A DNA stretch of 63,828 nt, counting the filler, from Octopus bimaculoides (taxonomy: Eukaryota): assembly GCF_001194135.2 (NCBI RefSeq). It is 6 parts of 6 records of this genome, joined end to end, with 100 filler letters (N's around TTAATTAATTAA, not from the genome) between each part and the next. Parts side by side here need not be neighbours in the genome. Positions count along the whole stretch, not along the records: positions 30,699 to 48,072 come from NC_068997.1; positions 48,173 to 50,578 come from NC_068992.1; 4 more parts are not named here. The stretch is one strand, 5' to 3'. Under the pieces are notes generated by a model. The model was not told the origin of the DNA, did not search any database, and saw only the letters and a list, made by a program, of their open reading frames with translations. Below, one piece after another: positions 34,587-48,544 of the stretch; position 1 is the stretch's first letter, and every line of letters begins with the position of its first letter. Both the position numbers and the translations under genes were made by a program.

Positions 34587-36128
34587 TATATAGTATACAT
34601 ATATGCGTATATGTCTGTAAGTGTGGGAGGGTTGTGTACGAGAGTATCGAAAGGTGAGAATGAATGCTCACCACTGCATTTCGTGGATAAATCATTTTTG
34701 TAGATTAACAATGCTGCAACATGTTTCACCTCAAAATGCAGACACTCGCCTCCTTTTGGACGGAATACACATGATTACGGGAGGTTTGCAGGACTTTAAA
34801 ATGAATCCAGGTCAGGGCAGGAAACTTATTAGGGTTTTTTTAATGGCTATCACTTCTCTTAGATTAGCCCTGGATTCTTGTTAGAATTCGCTTTTACTAT
34901 AACTTGACTTACCATAGTTTCACCATAGCTTAGATACTCGCTTTATGTGAGAACGTTTATACCCATATTTATGCATACCCATATTTATAAATATATCTAT
35001 CCAGCATGCGTTTGGTTAATGTTTGAGCATGTGCATCTTATTATTGATGTGGCTTCACAAGTTTCCAATGAAAATTAATTGATGGTATTCTACGTTCATA
35101 GAAATATTTGTAAGTTCATATACATATATTTTGTGAACATAAATGAATATGTAGTATGTAGTTTATAGCTCCTGCATGAAATCCTGTGAATAGATATATG
35201 TAATGCATGTGTACACATTTGTCTGTAAGTGTGCGTATTAGAGGTTGAGTATGAGAATGTGTGTGTATGTGAGTGTGTATGCGTATGTGTGTGTTTAAAT
35301 ATGCTTATGTATACATCTGAAGCTAGAGTATATGGGAGAGAAGTTAAGTGTGTATGTGTTTGTATGTGAACGTTAGAATATGCATGTGTGCATGCATGTT
35401 TCTGTAAGTGTACGTATGTGTGAATGATGGTGAACATGTGTGTGCGTGCGTGTTAGAGTATGCATTGTGTGTATGCGTGTGTCAATGCTTGTACATGTGC
35501 GTATGAGAATGTAAATGAGTTTGCGTGCATGACCATGTGTGTCAGAGCATGCATGCATATGTGTGCTTATCTTTGTGTGTATATGTATGTGACTGAGGGC
35601 AAGTATATTTGTGAGTAAGCATGTATGTCTGTGAATGAATGTAAGCATGAATGTGTGTGTGCGCGCGTGCGTTGTGTGTGTGTGTGCGCGCGCGCGTTGT
35701 GTGTGTGTGTAGAAGTAACACCGCCCTAAATAATGTAACACGTACTTGTCCGAAATTCTTTCTCAGTGGCATGATATTACAAACTCTTGGAATGAGAATA
35801 TCAAGTGACGGCAACTATTAATTGTTTGTAGCAATTCTTTAAAAGTTCTGCAACATTTTTTTCTCTTGGAGAGATGAAATAGATAGTGCAGCAGAAAATT
35901 CTTTGTACAGTTCTGAAAAGAAACTTTAAGAGTATTTCTTATCTACATTTAGATTCTTCATTCCCTGACCACTTCAAGAGAATGAACAAGAATGGTTTCT
36001 GTGGCTTCAAAGATAATTGCGATTATCTCGTGAATCCTTTGTGAAGGAGTTAGTATGACACAGTACTATACAGCTATATGAAATTGCTTATTCATACACA
36101 TATTTATACACACACATGTGTATGCCTG

Positions 36129-36173
<45 letters not shown>

Positions 36174-36477
36174 NNNNNNNNNNNNNNNNNNNNNNNNNNN
36201 NNNNNNNNNNNNNNNNNNNNNNNNNNNNNNNNNNNNNNNNNNNNNNNNNNNNNNNNNNNNNNNNNNNNNNNNNNNNNNNNNNNNNNNNNNNNNNNNNNNN
36301 NNNNNNNNNNNNNNNNNNNNNNNNNNNNNNNNNNNNNNNNNNNNNNNNNNNNNNNNNNNNNNNNNNNNNNNNNNNNNNNNNNNNNNNNNNNNNNNNNNNN
36401 NNNNNNNNNNNNNNNNNNNNNNNNNNNNNNNNNNNNNNNNNNNNNNNNNNNNNNNNNNNNNNNNNNNNNNNNTTATA

Positions 36478-36975
36478 CAGGGTGCGGTGAACATTTTGTC
36501 TAAATTAAGCAAAAATGAAAATAAAACTGACATCTCATTTTAATACATATATTTACCAAAATTACACAAAAATATCTTGAAATACTAAAGAGTAAATTTA
36601 TCTAATAAAATCGCCATTGGCTTCCACCACGACCTCCAGACGACTTCAGAATCTGCTGCAACTCTTCTGGACCGTCTCCTTGTTTAAGTTGCGGGATGCT
36701 ACTATAATCCTTGCCTTCAGTTCATCTTTGATGTTACAAGAAGTTTTTTTGGTCCCTCTCTGAGCTGCACCCCACACATAGTAATCAAGGGAGATGCAGT
36801 CTAGGGAGTTAGGTGACCAGCTATTAGGGGTGATGTGGTCGCAGAAATTGTCTGATAGCCATAACTGGGCCCTCCTGCTTGTGTGTCATGGTGCAGAGTT
36901 TTGTTGCCAGACATAGGATCATCCAGCAGCCGCCCACTTGACCCAGAGCAGCGCTATCTCATCCACGCAGTTATG
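36478..36975 (-). mobile_element. Tc1/mariner DD37D (maT) transposon 3' half
   Basis: Terminus TA|CAGGGTGCGG. YVWQQ(N)SAP*HTSRR...WSPNSLDCISLDYYVWG...RLEVVVEANGDF, with 37 residues between the 2nd and 3rd catalytic positions. Confidence 0.85.
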
Positions 36976-37661
36976 NNNNNNNNNNNNNNNNNNNNNNNNN
37001 NNNNNNNNNNNNNNNNNNNNNNNNNNNNNNNNNNNNNNNNNNNNNNNNNNNNNNNNNNNNNNNNNNNNNNNNNNNGTATGTATTTACTGAAATTATTTTG
37101 TACCAACAGAAAAGTAATTATGCTGAAGATGATTTAAGGAAGACAAAATTACAAATTATACAAAAGAAACGAGAGAAAAATCCCTCCATGGCCAATACCC
37201 ACTAGAATCGACAGAGAGGAAAGAAATAATTAACGACATTACTCCCTGATGTCTATCGTTGAGTATAACCATAGACGCGATTGGGTTGGCATCTATGACT
37301 ATATGACGAAATTTTGATGCAAAAATTGGTTGACTAATCCCGAAATCGAGGTTATACCAAGGAATATTATGGTAATTCTATTAATAATTGTAATAATAAT
37401 AATAGTACTAGTAGGGATGTTAATATTACAGTTATCGATTAGTGTGGAAAGAACTGTGTTAATCGTAATTTTTTTAGTACCAACAAACTTGCTTGCGGAG
37501 CTGCTGGAATTCCAGAATATTCCACAGCTGCTCAGCTAAATGTTAATCATACGATGTATCAACGGCTTGTGAAGAAAATCACAAGAAACGACTTAACCCC
37601 ACTCTTCAAAAGTTGCTAGCCTGGTACCTAAATCATTATTATTATTATTATTATTATTGGT

Positions 37662-37830
37662 GGTCTGGTGAAACTGTTAGCGCGTCGAACAAACTTCATT
37701 GAGTTATCTGTGCATCTTTGAATTCTCAGTTAAATTCCTGCCGAGATCGAATTTGCCTTTCATCATTTTGGGGTCAATAACAACTTCCCACCAAATTGCT
37801 GGCCTTGTACCAAAATTTGAAGCCATTCTT
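37662..37830 (+). mobile_element. SINE family B, degenerate
   Basis: GCCGAGATCGAATTTGCCTTTCATCATTTTGGGGTCAATAA...GGCCTTGTACCAAAATTTGAA. Confidence 0.6.
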
Positions 37831-39429
37831 TAATATCATCATCANNNNNNNNNNNNNNNNNNNNNNNNNNNNNNNNNNNNNNNNNNNNNNNNNNNNNNNN
37901 NNNNNNNNNNNNNNNNNNNNNNNNNNNNNNNNNNNNNNNNNNNNNNNNNNNNNNNNNNNNNNNNNNNNNNNNNNNNNNNNNNNNNNNNNNNNNNNNNNNN
38001 NNNNNNNNNNNNNNNNNNNNNNNNNNNNNNNNNNNNNNNNNNNNNNNNNNNNNNNNNNNNNNNNNNNNNNNNNNNNNNNNNNNNNNNNNNNNNNNNNNNN
38101 NNNNNNNNNNNNNNNNNNNNNNNNNNNNNNNNNNNNNNNNNNNNNNNNNNNNNNNNNNNNNNNNNNNNNNNNNNNNNNNNNNNNNNNNNNNNNNNNNNNN
38201 NNNNNNNNNNNNNNNNNNNNNNNNNNNNNNNNNNNNNNNNNNNNNNNNNNNNNNNNNNNNNNNNNNNNNNNNNNNNNNNNNNNNNNNNNNNNNNNNNNNN
38301 NNNNNNNNNNNNNNNNNNNNNNNNNNNNNNNNNNNNNNNNNNNNNNNNNNNNNNNCATCATCATCATCATCATCATCATCATCACCACCATCATCATCAT
38401 CTTTATCATCATCGTCCATGAGCAACATACAAATCCGTTATTTACAAATGTTTACAGTGACAACTAAACACTGAGTTAACTACCCATTGATGCTATTTCA
38501 AAAACAACTTGCCCTTATACTCCGCTCCCTGTTTCCCCATGCTCCTTATTTCCCACATGTATTACACTTTCTTCCCTTCTTTCTTTCTCGCTCATGTCAT
38601 ACGTTCAGATTTTAATTACTTGCTCAAATTACTTCTTAATTATTTATGATGTCGATAGATTTAATATTGTTTTCAAAGATACAAGAAGCAAAGAATTATC
38701 ATTCGTTAAGTTTCTTTTAATTTTGCACGTTAATATATTACGTCAACGGGGAACCTATGCATGGGGACTCGGCCTGTTATAAATCGGAGTCATATTTTCT
38801 TTTGAAATTGTAAGGATGCACTTGATAGTGTAGTCCTAGCTTCACTATGCTCGAAAAGAAGTAAATACAACCAAGATAGTGAAGCTGAAATATCTTTGAT
38901 CGTGGGCTTGTTGAATTAGGTTTGACCTGGGTTAAACAATAACAACTATGATGAAATATACGAAAATAACAGATATCAGAGTCTAGTGATAGTTAGGTCT
39001 TTCAGATAGTGTGTAAGCACTGTTAGGTCAGAAGAGAGTAAAGATATAAGGACATTGATATCACGATAATACTTAAATTATAAGGACAATTAGGAAATAA
39101 CGGGTCAGTTGTATGTACTGTTAGGTCACACGGACATTTCCGACGCTAGGGCAACTATGTCATATGGACAAGTGAATCAAATGACAGCTAGTTAATTCAT
39201 AGAGTTAGGATGTAATAGCAGTAACATCAGAGGAATAATTCATTCATGAGGTCTGGTTGGTTGTAATAATAGTTAGTACAGATGAGGTTTATGATCCACA
39301 ACGTCATATAGTGAATGGAGTCATGGAAGATGTCATGTCGTAAAGGTAGTTACATCTTGAAAACGGACAATTGGTTGGAGACTAAACACCAGGACAGCAA
39401 AACACTTATTAAGAGTCGCACTACAAAAA

Positions 39430-39660
39430 TATTGCAGTCCGACGGTCACGGGTTCGAGTCGCTCGACGGAAGTATGTTCATTTTTTTAAGGCGGTGTTCC
39501 AGCATGACCGCAGTCAAAATGACTGAAACAAATAAAAGAATAAAACAATATATATACAGTAAAAGAATAAAACAATACATACAAAAGAAACAGCTAAAAG
39601 AATAAAATAATACAAACAAGTAAAAGAATAAAAGAATACATAAAAGAATAAAAGTGTACA
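39430..39660 (+). mobile_element. B-box fragment fused to a family A SINE tail with expanded (AAGAATAA)n
   Basis: GGGTTCGAGTC...AAGGCGGTGTTCCAGCATGACCGCAGTCAAAATGACTGAAACAAATAAAAG. Confidence 0.55.
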
Positions 39661-40546
39661 CGCTGAAATAAAGAGCTTTGGTCAAGTAAAGGTCAAATGT
39701 CAGAGAAAAACAATGCGTAGCGTTGCACCAGCAAAAACTGTTCATTCTATTTTCGTCCCCTGTGTGACATTATAGTAATGGTAAAAGGACATTTTGAAAT
39801 CGAGAAACAAAAATATACTATGCAAGCTTCAAGATACAAACATTTAAATAATGGTTTCCGTAGCTATAATTTGTGTTTCCTGAGAAAGTCTACAGCAATC
39901 TGCCTTTTACAGCAGTCTTTAAAAAATGATGATAATTTCGAGACAGACACATAGCCAAACTCTTTTTCAAGAATGTTAAATGTCTTGTTAATGCGGCACA
40001 ACTGATAGCAAAGATATGCACCGCTTAGTCATTCCTTTTCGGTTCTTTCTAAATCTGCTGACGAAGTGTCAATCAAAAGAAACCACCATAATCTATGTGT
40101 ATCTCATGGGAATTAACATTCTTTAGACTCTACACATTTCCAATATTATAGTATTATTGCATAGAGAGGACTTTCATGATTATGAACCAAAATATTTACT
40201 AAATCTAGCTACATATTCAAGATCAGTGAAAAGAAGGTTTAAGACATTAGCTTCCAATCATCGACTTTTCAGCCCAGATAAGAAATTTACACTTCTGTCC
40301 ATCAAGATTGACTTATGCGGTTGTATTACATAGCGTTGAAGTCTGGTAGATTGGGTACTTCCAGTAAAAGAATGTTACCAGATAACTCTCAGTCTATAAT
40401 TTTTGTCTTTAAGTGGAAGATTAAAAATATGAAAGAGTTTTCTACAGTTCAGCATATGTCTTTGTACTGTAATTGTTATCTAAATTGCAATGATGGAGTT
40501 TTGTTGTTAACTAGCCTTCCCCGTTCTCTTCCTAGGGTGATTTCAA

Positions 40547-40584
<38 letters not shown>

Positions 40585-41249
40585 TATATAGATATGCATA
40601 TCTATGTATATATGTATGTATGTATGTATATATATATATAGGTATGTATATTTCTATATATCTAACTATTTAAAATATCCATTCAATAATTNNNNNNNNN
40701 NNNNNNNNNNNNNNNNNNNNNNNNNNNNNNNNNNNNNNNNNNNNNNNNNNNNNNNNNNNNNNNNNNNNNNNNNNNNNNNNNNNNNNNNNNNNNNNNNNNN
40801 NNNNNNNNNNNNNNNNNNNNNNNNNNNNNNNNNNNNNNNNNNNNNNNNNNNNNNNNNNNNNNNNNNNNNNNNNNNNNNNTATATATGTATATATATATAT
40901 ATATATACATTATACATATGCATATACACAAATACACACGCACTCATTCTTAGATATATACATACATATAAATACATACGTGCCTTAAGACATTTATCTA
41001 TATAATACAATAGAAACTCAATTATCCACACTTATATGAGTGTTTATGCTCACGTATAGCTATATATGTATGTGATTATATAAGCAGTAAACTTCCATTT
41101 CTACATACATTTAGTTAAGACAACATATTACACATACATATACTCTTCCATTCTTTCGGTCTTCCTCTCACTCTCACTCTATGTATACAAACACACACAC
41201 ATATTTAGTTGTGTATGTATGTATTTATGTATGAATGTATGTATGTATG

Positions 41250-41283
<34 letters not shown>

Positions 41284-42387
41284 TGCATGCATGCATTTAT
41301 GTATGTATTGTCTTTCTTCCGAAACAAAAATCAACTTTGATCATTTTCACACATGCGCAAACGATTCCTTCACTCACACTATTTTACTCACAATCTCCCT
41401 CCCAGCACAAATACGCCCACATATATACACACCATGGCTTAAACACACACAAACACACGCACACACACACACATACACACAAACATACACACACACACAC
41501 ACCGTCACACGCAAACAGTCACCACGTCTTTTATAATATTAAAAGACTAGAATTCTTAAGACAATATTTATATTACATCAAAAACATACACATAAGCACA
41601 TCCGTACACAAACAGACGCCCACATTGACTTACGCATAAGTATAGACCCATCTACAAAGCTAAAATATTTAATAGTTCCTATTTCACAAATAAACAAAAC
41701 ATTAACAAACACACCAAACACCGCGCGAAAATAACAAAAGCTGCGCTAAAAATATACCAGTCAGTTCACCAAAACTACTTAATTCTCAACGTTATAAGAT
41801 AGTGAGGGAAGCAGAATTGGTTATCTTGGCGAAAAACAATTCAGTATTTTCACTTTAATAATTTTGCTACTGCGCTGCAAACATTTCACTTCAGTTATAT
41901 TTATTTACTATTTTCATTAATACAGGGCTACCACAGCCAACCCTTAATCTCAATTACATTTATTGAAGTTTTGTAATAATAGAGAAGTAGCATCATAAAT
42001 ATTGAATGTGTTACGTTCATTATTTGCAATAATACAGGACTACCAGAGCAAATATTCAACCTCAATTATATCAATTTAAGTTTTGCAATAATACAGGGCT
42101 ATCACAGTAAATATTGGATTTCAGGTTCATTTATATGTTCCAATGACACACAGCTATAGTAAGACTATTACTTAGTTTGTACCTCACTTTAATTACTCAC
42201 AAAATAATTAATTTCTTTTTTTATGATAATCAACAACATATTCATAATATAGAATTTTAAAATACATAGATATTCAAAAAGTAATCAAATATGTAGCCTC
42301 CGGTACTACAATATATATATAAGCTAGCTTCTTTTTTAGGTTTTGACTATTGCCGCTCTAATATAGTACTTTTTCTGTTTACTTCTG

Positions 42388-42550
42388 TTATTGTTCATCA
42401 TGAAGTTCAAAGGCTGACCAAGATACTCTCATGCTATGCGACCAAATGAGGTTTATTTTGCAGTCCACACACTTCTTCCAACAATGTAGCCGTGCCTGGA
42501 TCCCATTAGTGAAAAAGCGTTTGTCCTGTTGGTCAAAAACAATCCTCAAC
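42388..42550 (-). mobile_element. Mariner transposase C-terminal fragment
   Basis: FDQQDKRFFTNGIQARLHCWKKCVDCK resembles the mariner C-terminus. Confidence 0.65.
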
Positions 42551-42569
42551 GTTAGATATGACGTCGTCA

Positions 42570-43223
42570 TCACCGCAATCCTTCTTGTAGCAGTGTTGTT
42601 ATCGTCAGTGTTGTTGCTGTTGTTATTGCCGTCATTACTGCTGTGGCTGCTCTTATTATCTTGGTTACTGTGACTGATTTTGTCGTTGTCGTCGTCGACG
42701 TTCTTGTTTTTGTTGTCGACGTTGTCACTATTACTGCCGTTGTTTTTGTCGGTCTTGCCGCTGTTATCGTCGTCGTCGTTGCTGTTGTTGTTGTTTCTTT
42801 GTGATGACAGTCTTGAGTGAAATCAGGATTTAAAGTTAATAACGCACACATCCATTAATTAACCTTAAATACTTGCAATGATAACAACTTGCGGCCGCAC
42901 AATAAACGGGTTCCAGGGAACTTAACTGCCTTTACTCTCGTTATTGATGTCATTATTGTTGCTTTTGTTGTTGCTGCTATATTGTTATTTTGTTGTTGGT
43001 CGTCGTGGTGGTGGTGGTATTGATGTTGCTGTTACCGTTGTTAATGTTGATATTGTTCTTGTTGTTGGTATTGTCGTGCTGTTGCTGTTATTGCTGTCGT
43101 GTTGCTGCTGTTGTTGTTGTTGTTGTTTTTAGTGATGTTCTGCTGCCACTTTTCTGCTAGTTGTGTTTGCTGTGTGAAGTTTTTCTGCCATTGTTGTTGT
43201 CATTATTATTATCGTCGTCATCG

Positions 43224-43304
<81 letters not shown>

Positions 43305-43305
43305 A

Positions 43306-43337
<32 letters not shown>

Positions 43338-43350
43338 CCATCATCACCAC

Positions 43351-43402
<52 letters not shown>

Positions 43403-43559
43403 GTCATAAACATCATCATCATTATAATGATTGTTGTTGCTGTTACTGTTGTGTTGACGTTGTTGCCGTTGTGTTGCTGTGACTGTTATTTTTGCTGTTG
43501 TAATTATTATTAATGTTATAAGCTTGTTTTTTTTATTAACGCTGACATTGTTACTGCCG

Positions 43560-43608
<49 letters not shown>

Positions 43609-43610
43609 AC
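42570..43610. repeat. Compound trinucleotide array (GTT/GTC/GCT)n with ~200 bp (CAT)n
   Basis: Direct observation. Explains the poly-L/H/D/M/S ORFs. Confidence 0.95.
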
Positions 43611-44559
43611 TTTATCCTTTCTCCGCTGCTCCCCTGCTGTTTCGCCTTCAGCTTTGAATTAATCAAGGGAAGAAAAACGATTAATAACAAAAATTTATAA
43701 TTTTGGTTCCTCTGTTTCTCTTTTTAGTTTTCATTTTCCAACTTCTCCCTCCCACCATTTATACTCCATCTTTCTTCTCCCTTTCTATCTTTGTTATCTA
43801 TTTATTTATTTTATTTTATTTTGTTTATTAATCTATTCTAAATGATTATAACAGAATGTTGTTTTAAAATATTGTTCTTTTTTTTAAAGGTTTTCAAATG
43901 GAAAACAATAGAAACATAATGAAGTAATAGGAAGAGTATGAAGTATAAGAGAGAATGGGTGAGGGCAGCAGATGGGGAAGAAGCGAGAAAAGTGGAAATG
44001 ATGGAATATCAAGCTAACTAGAGAGACATACCTTTATACCTCTCATGGTAGAGAGAAAAATGAAAGAATATAGACAACACTGAAAATACAAGAGGACACA
44101 GTAAGAAAAACAAACAAAACGAAATGGCTGCTATATGATAATTAATATGAAATAACATAAATTGTATATCATATCTTAATAATAGGATAAGAATTTGATA
44201 AGTTATAACAGGATATAACGTGATATATAGAAACTAAAAGGATGATAGCGAATAAGGATTAGGGATTACTCAGATACAATTTTAAAAACTAACAACGTAA
44301 GTTATATCAATATCCCTCTTAAAACTATCGTATCAGTGAAGTGCGTGTCTTTAAGTTCGATTGTGCTGCGTTTCTGATAATAATATTCGAAGTGTGTGCG
44401 AAATTATGGATAGATACGTTTAAAATGATTCAATGAACAGAAAGTTATCCAAGAAGGCAGCATGATCGTTGTTCTTGTTACTTGTTATCTTTTGTTATAT
44501 TTATATTGCATTAAGGCGTTTTCATATGCAAGTGGGTTGTGGATTACTTCGAAGAAGGA

Positions 44560-44830
44560 AATTCAATGACTGGCTACGATAGAGAGGGCCATGGAAAGAT
44601 TCATACCATATCGTTATGAGAGCATATCCAAAACGAGGTTATGTGAAAACAGAATGTCGTGGGAGTGGCGTGCAGTATACTGAAAGCACAAGTTCAACTG
44701 GACTGGGACTGGACATATCACAAGGCTGACACACAATAGGTGAACCCATGCTGTTACCGCGAGTGGTATCCAAGAGATATGAAGCGACCATTCAACATGC
44801 AAGCCAATGGGAAGGCGACATAATGATACA
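44560..44830 (+). mobile_element. Decayed RTE (BovB-like) ORF2 C-terminus, second RTE lineage
   Basis: TIERAMER...EHIQNEVM...WTGHITRLTHNR*TH...EWYPRDMKRP, with frameshifts. Confidence 0.6.
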
Positions 44831-45414
44831 ATAATGGTCCAAATAGAGGTAAAAGGCACAGTCGAGGTAAGAATGAACAACATACTGACCAATGGTGTAT
44901 AAAGACGTCTGACAGTCTTGTAGATTTATACAAACACACACACACAAACACACAAACACACAAACACACCCACACACAAACACATACACACACATACGCA
45001 CACACGCACACACACACACAAACACATATATGCATGTATGTATATTTACACTTCTGCAATTCTTTGAGACAACAAATTATATTGTCACTTCACATTATCT
45101 ATTTGCGCTTCTGCAAACTTTTGCACAACAGATTTTGTTGTCACTTCACACGGAAACGCGCTTCATTATGGAACAAAATGAAAGATTTGTAGAGTTGAAA
45201 GAGGAAAGGAGTCTTGATACAGCAAAAGATTGAAAGAACAAGGGATATAAACAGAAAGTTTAAGACAGAGCAACTGTGAATTATACCCAGCATGGGAGAG
45301 TACGAATGTGTAGATTCTACACTGTAGAATATCTACATTATGGAAGAATAAGTGAAAATATATGATTGACAAATAGGTTTAGAAATAAACAGAGATAAAC
45401 AGAAAGAAAATGAA

Positions 45415-45570
45415 GAGAGAGAGACAGACAGACAGACAGAAAGAGTGAGAGATAGGTAGGTAGGTAGGTAGGTAGGTAGGTAGGTAGGTAGATAAAGAGA
45501 AAGAAATATAGAAAGCTAGTAATAAAGAAGAAAAGAAACAAAGAAACAAAGAAACAAGCAAAGAAAAATC

Positions 45571-45618
<48 letters not shown>

Positions 45619-45742
45619 GTGGGTAGGTAGGTAGGTAGGAAGGAAGGTAGGTAGATAGGTAGGTAGGTTGGTAGGTAGGTAGGTAGGTAGGTAGGTAGGT
45701 AGGTATGTAGGTAGGTAGGTAGGTAGGTAGGTAGGTAGGTAG
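45415..45742. repeat. (GACA)/(TAGG)n/(TAGA)n tetranucleotide arrays
   Basis: Direct observation. Other large arrays: (TG)n 47418-47527, (CTT)n 50490-50578, (GAAA)n 60560-60622. Most gaps are flanked by (TA)n. Confidence 0.95.
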
Positions 45743-46017
45743 TTGAGTATTTTGATCGCTTGTTAAATGGGGAGGTACTTATCTAGTTGTTACTAACCTG
45801 TACGTAAATGAATCAACGCTTTCAAATGTGTAGCATTCCAGATGTACTTGTTGCTGCTGTGCCTCTCTAATAATCATCACCTTAATATATTCCTTGTTAA
45901 TCAGAAGACCAACTTTTCATCTGCTACTGTTGTTGAGACTGTGATTGTCTTGTATTGTCATATGGCACTAAAGTATCCCAGATGGTCAAGATTTGTGAAA
46001 CTTCCGTATCTTTATTT

Positions 46018-46143
46018 GTACCTTTGACGGTACACAGGGAATCGTTGCACTGCATGGAGTAAATACCAGTTATATCAACATTACGTAATCACCTTGAAAG
46101 ATGAAATGTTCCTTGAAACCGTTATAGTCAAGACTGCATAAAG
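46018..46143 (+). repeat. 126-bp direct repeat, copy 1
   Basis: Identical by eye to 47656-47781. Confidence 0.9.
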
Positions 46144-46417
46144 TGTGTCGGCTCTCATCTATTTTCATTCTGTAGGTAGGTGATTTTATCGTTAGGAAAA
46201 CCGCAGAGGATCCAATAGGCGTCACCAAATAGGTATAAAATAATAACCAGATTGAACAAGGTATTAGGATAAATATGTAGCACTTCAAAGGGATACAACA
46301 GCGTGGCCACAGTCCAATGAATGAATCAAGTAAAACACTGAAATCGTGATGAAATACAACGAGCTATAGATATTAAATGGAATACGCAGCATAACATCAA
46401 ATTTATATACTTCTTTA

Positions 46418-47030
46418 CACGTTTCAGTTATTTGATTGCAGCCTTGCTGGAGCACCGCCTTTACTCGAAGAAATTGACCCCAAGACTTATTCCTTGGAAG
46501 CCTAGTACTTATTCTATCGGTCTCTTTTGCCGAACCGCTAAGCACACCATAAGCACACTAATATCGGTTGTCAAGTGATGTGGGGGGGGGGATACAGACA
46601 CGAAGGTGTATACGCAAGGGGGATATATACATATCCCCCTTGCCGTCTGTTGCCTCCCTTGGTCCACTTTCTAAACTCATTCATACATTTCAAGCATCCA
46701 AAATGGCGAGACCCCTTTGTCACAAGAATTCATTACTTCACAATGTACCTTGAAAATCCAATTTAAATAGCGAAAACCGGTTGGATATCACGACATTCAT
46801 AAAATATGTATATATATATTTTTTTAATTTCTCTATAAAAAGATATTTCATTTCCACTTTTTATATATGTTTTTCCACATATTTCCAACCTCTCTCTCTA
46901 TATATATATATATACACACACGACGGACTTCTTTAAGTTTCAGTCTACCAAATCCATTCACAAGGCCTTGGTAGGCCCGAGATATTTAGTAGAAGACACT
47001 TGCTCAAGGTGGGACAGAACCCGAGCCATG
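46418..47030 (-). mobile_element. SINE family A with ~320 bp of unrelated sequence inserted at its microsatellite
   Basis: Tail half 46418-46595, head half 46920-47030. Confidence 0.7.
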
Positions 47031-47074
47031 TGTATGTATGTATGTATGTATGTATGTATGTATGTATGTATGTG

Positions 47075-47393
47075 AAGGCCCACGCATCGTAGTGGTTAGA
47101 TATTCGGTTCAAGATCACGGGATCGGGAGTTCAATTCCGGGATAGCTCGTTGTATTCCTAACACTTCATTTCACGTTGCTCCAGTCCACCCAGGTGGCGA
47201 ACGTGAATAGTACCTGTATTTCAAAGAACCTTTGTTAGATTCTATGTCACACTGAAACTCCCTGAGAACTATGTTAAGGGTACGCGGGTCTGTAGACCGC
47301 TCAGTCACATGCACGTTATTTTCGGAATGCAGCCTATTCCGTTGATTCGATCAACTGGTAAACGCATCGTCGTAACCGTCGGAATATCAGTTA
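47075..47393 (+). mobile_element. SINE family C, degenerate
   Basis: GTAGTGGTTAG...GGAGTTCAATTCC...GTACCTGTATTTCAAAG...CCGTTGATTCGATCAACTGG. Confidence 0.7.
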
Positions 47394-47415
47394 TGTGTGT
47401 ATGTATCTATGTATC

Positions 47416-47531
<116 letters not shown>

Positions 47532-47655
47532 GTGTGTATTTATATTTATATTATACTACGGAAAACAGTAGGGATTATAATTATTGTATGACTTGTCGCT
47601 GTTTATTTTCGCATTCAGGAGTTGGTTGTAATTTACTTATTGAATTTATTTACCC

Positions 47656-47781
47656 GTACCTTTGACGGTACACAGGGAATCGTTGCACTGCATGGAGTAA
47701 ATACCAGTTATATCAACATTACGTAATCACCTTGAAAGATGAAATGTTCCTTGAAACCGTTATAGTCAAGACTGCATAAAG
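47656..47781 (+). repeat. 126-bp direct repeat, copy 2, flanked by TATTTACCC/GGGTAAATA
   Basis: Inverted 9-mers at 47647-47655 and 47782-47790. Confidence 0.9.
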
Positions 47782-48021
47782 GGGTAAATATGTTTGAAAG
47801 ATGTAGTTTCTTTAGTTTGTTTGTTCCCAAACAATAGTTATTTTAGTACTGTTGACACCGCTGGATTGAATGACTCTGCCCAGGTGTCGAAACTATAATG
47901 ATATCCGTGGGGCTGCTGATGATGGAGTATGTTGGATTGTTGGTATGGCTGTGGAATAGTATTATAACACATCCTTCTGATATATATATATATGTACATA
48001 TATATATATATGTATATATAT

Positions 48022-48072
<51 letters not shown>

Positions 48073-48172
48073 NNNNNNNNNNNNNNNNNNNNNNNNNNNN
48101 NNNNNNNNNNNNNNNNTTAATTAATTAANNNNNNNNNNNNNNNNNNNNNNNNNNNNNNNNNNNNNNNNNNNN

Positions 48173-48521
48173 CATTGACATTACACATCCAACGGAGCAT
48201 ATTGGCTTCATTCCTTGCGAGCTTACGTATGTCCTCAGCAGTTACAGCCCATGTTTCACTGCCATGTAGCATGGTTGTTCGTACGCATGCGTCATACAGT
48301 CTGCCTTTTACTCTGAGTGAGAGTCCCTTTGTCGCCAGCAGGGGTAAGAGCTCTCTAAACTTTGCCTAGGCTATTCTTATTCTAGCAGCTACACTTTCAG
48401 CGCACCCACCCCCACTACTAACTTGGTCGCCCAGATAGCGGAAGCTATCGACTACCTCTAGTTTTTCACCCTGGAATGAGATAGAAGTTGTTTCCTGTTT
48501 GTTTGCAGTCTTTATTGCACC
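48173..48521 (-). mobile_element. RTE LINE ORF2 fragment (RT thumb region)
   Basis: KLEVVDSFRYLGDQVSSGGGCAESVAARIRIA*AKFRELLPLL...RVKGRLYDACVRTTMLHGSETWAVTAEDIRKLARNEANMLRWMC, single stop. Confidence 0.9.
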
Positions 48522-48544
48522 TATACATATACATATATAGATGT

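Noticed and set aside
34703-34810. Open frame between AG and GT (LTMLQHVSPQ…)
   Set aside because: Weak donor and no recognisable homology.
37330-37620. Open stretch CGKNCVNRN…GIPEYS
   Set aside because: Preceded by an in-frame stop. No motif or splice support.
40055-40090. CTGACGA…GAAAC as a hammerhead
   Set aside because: No stem II pairing.
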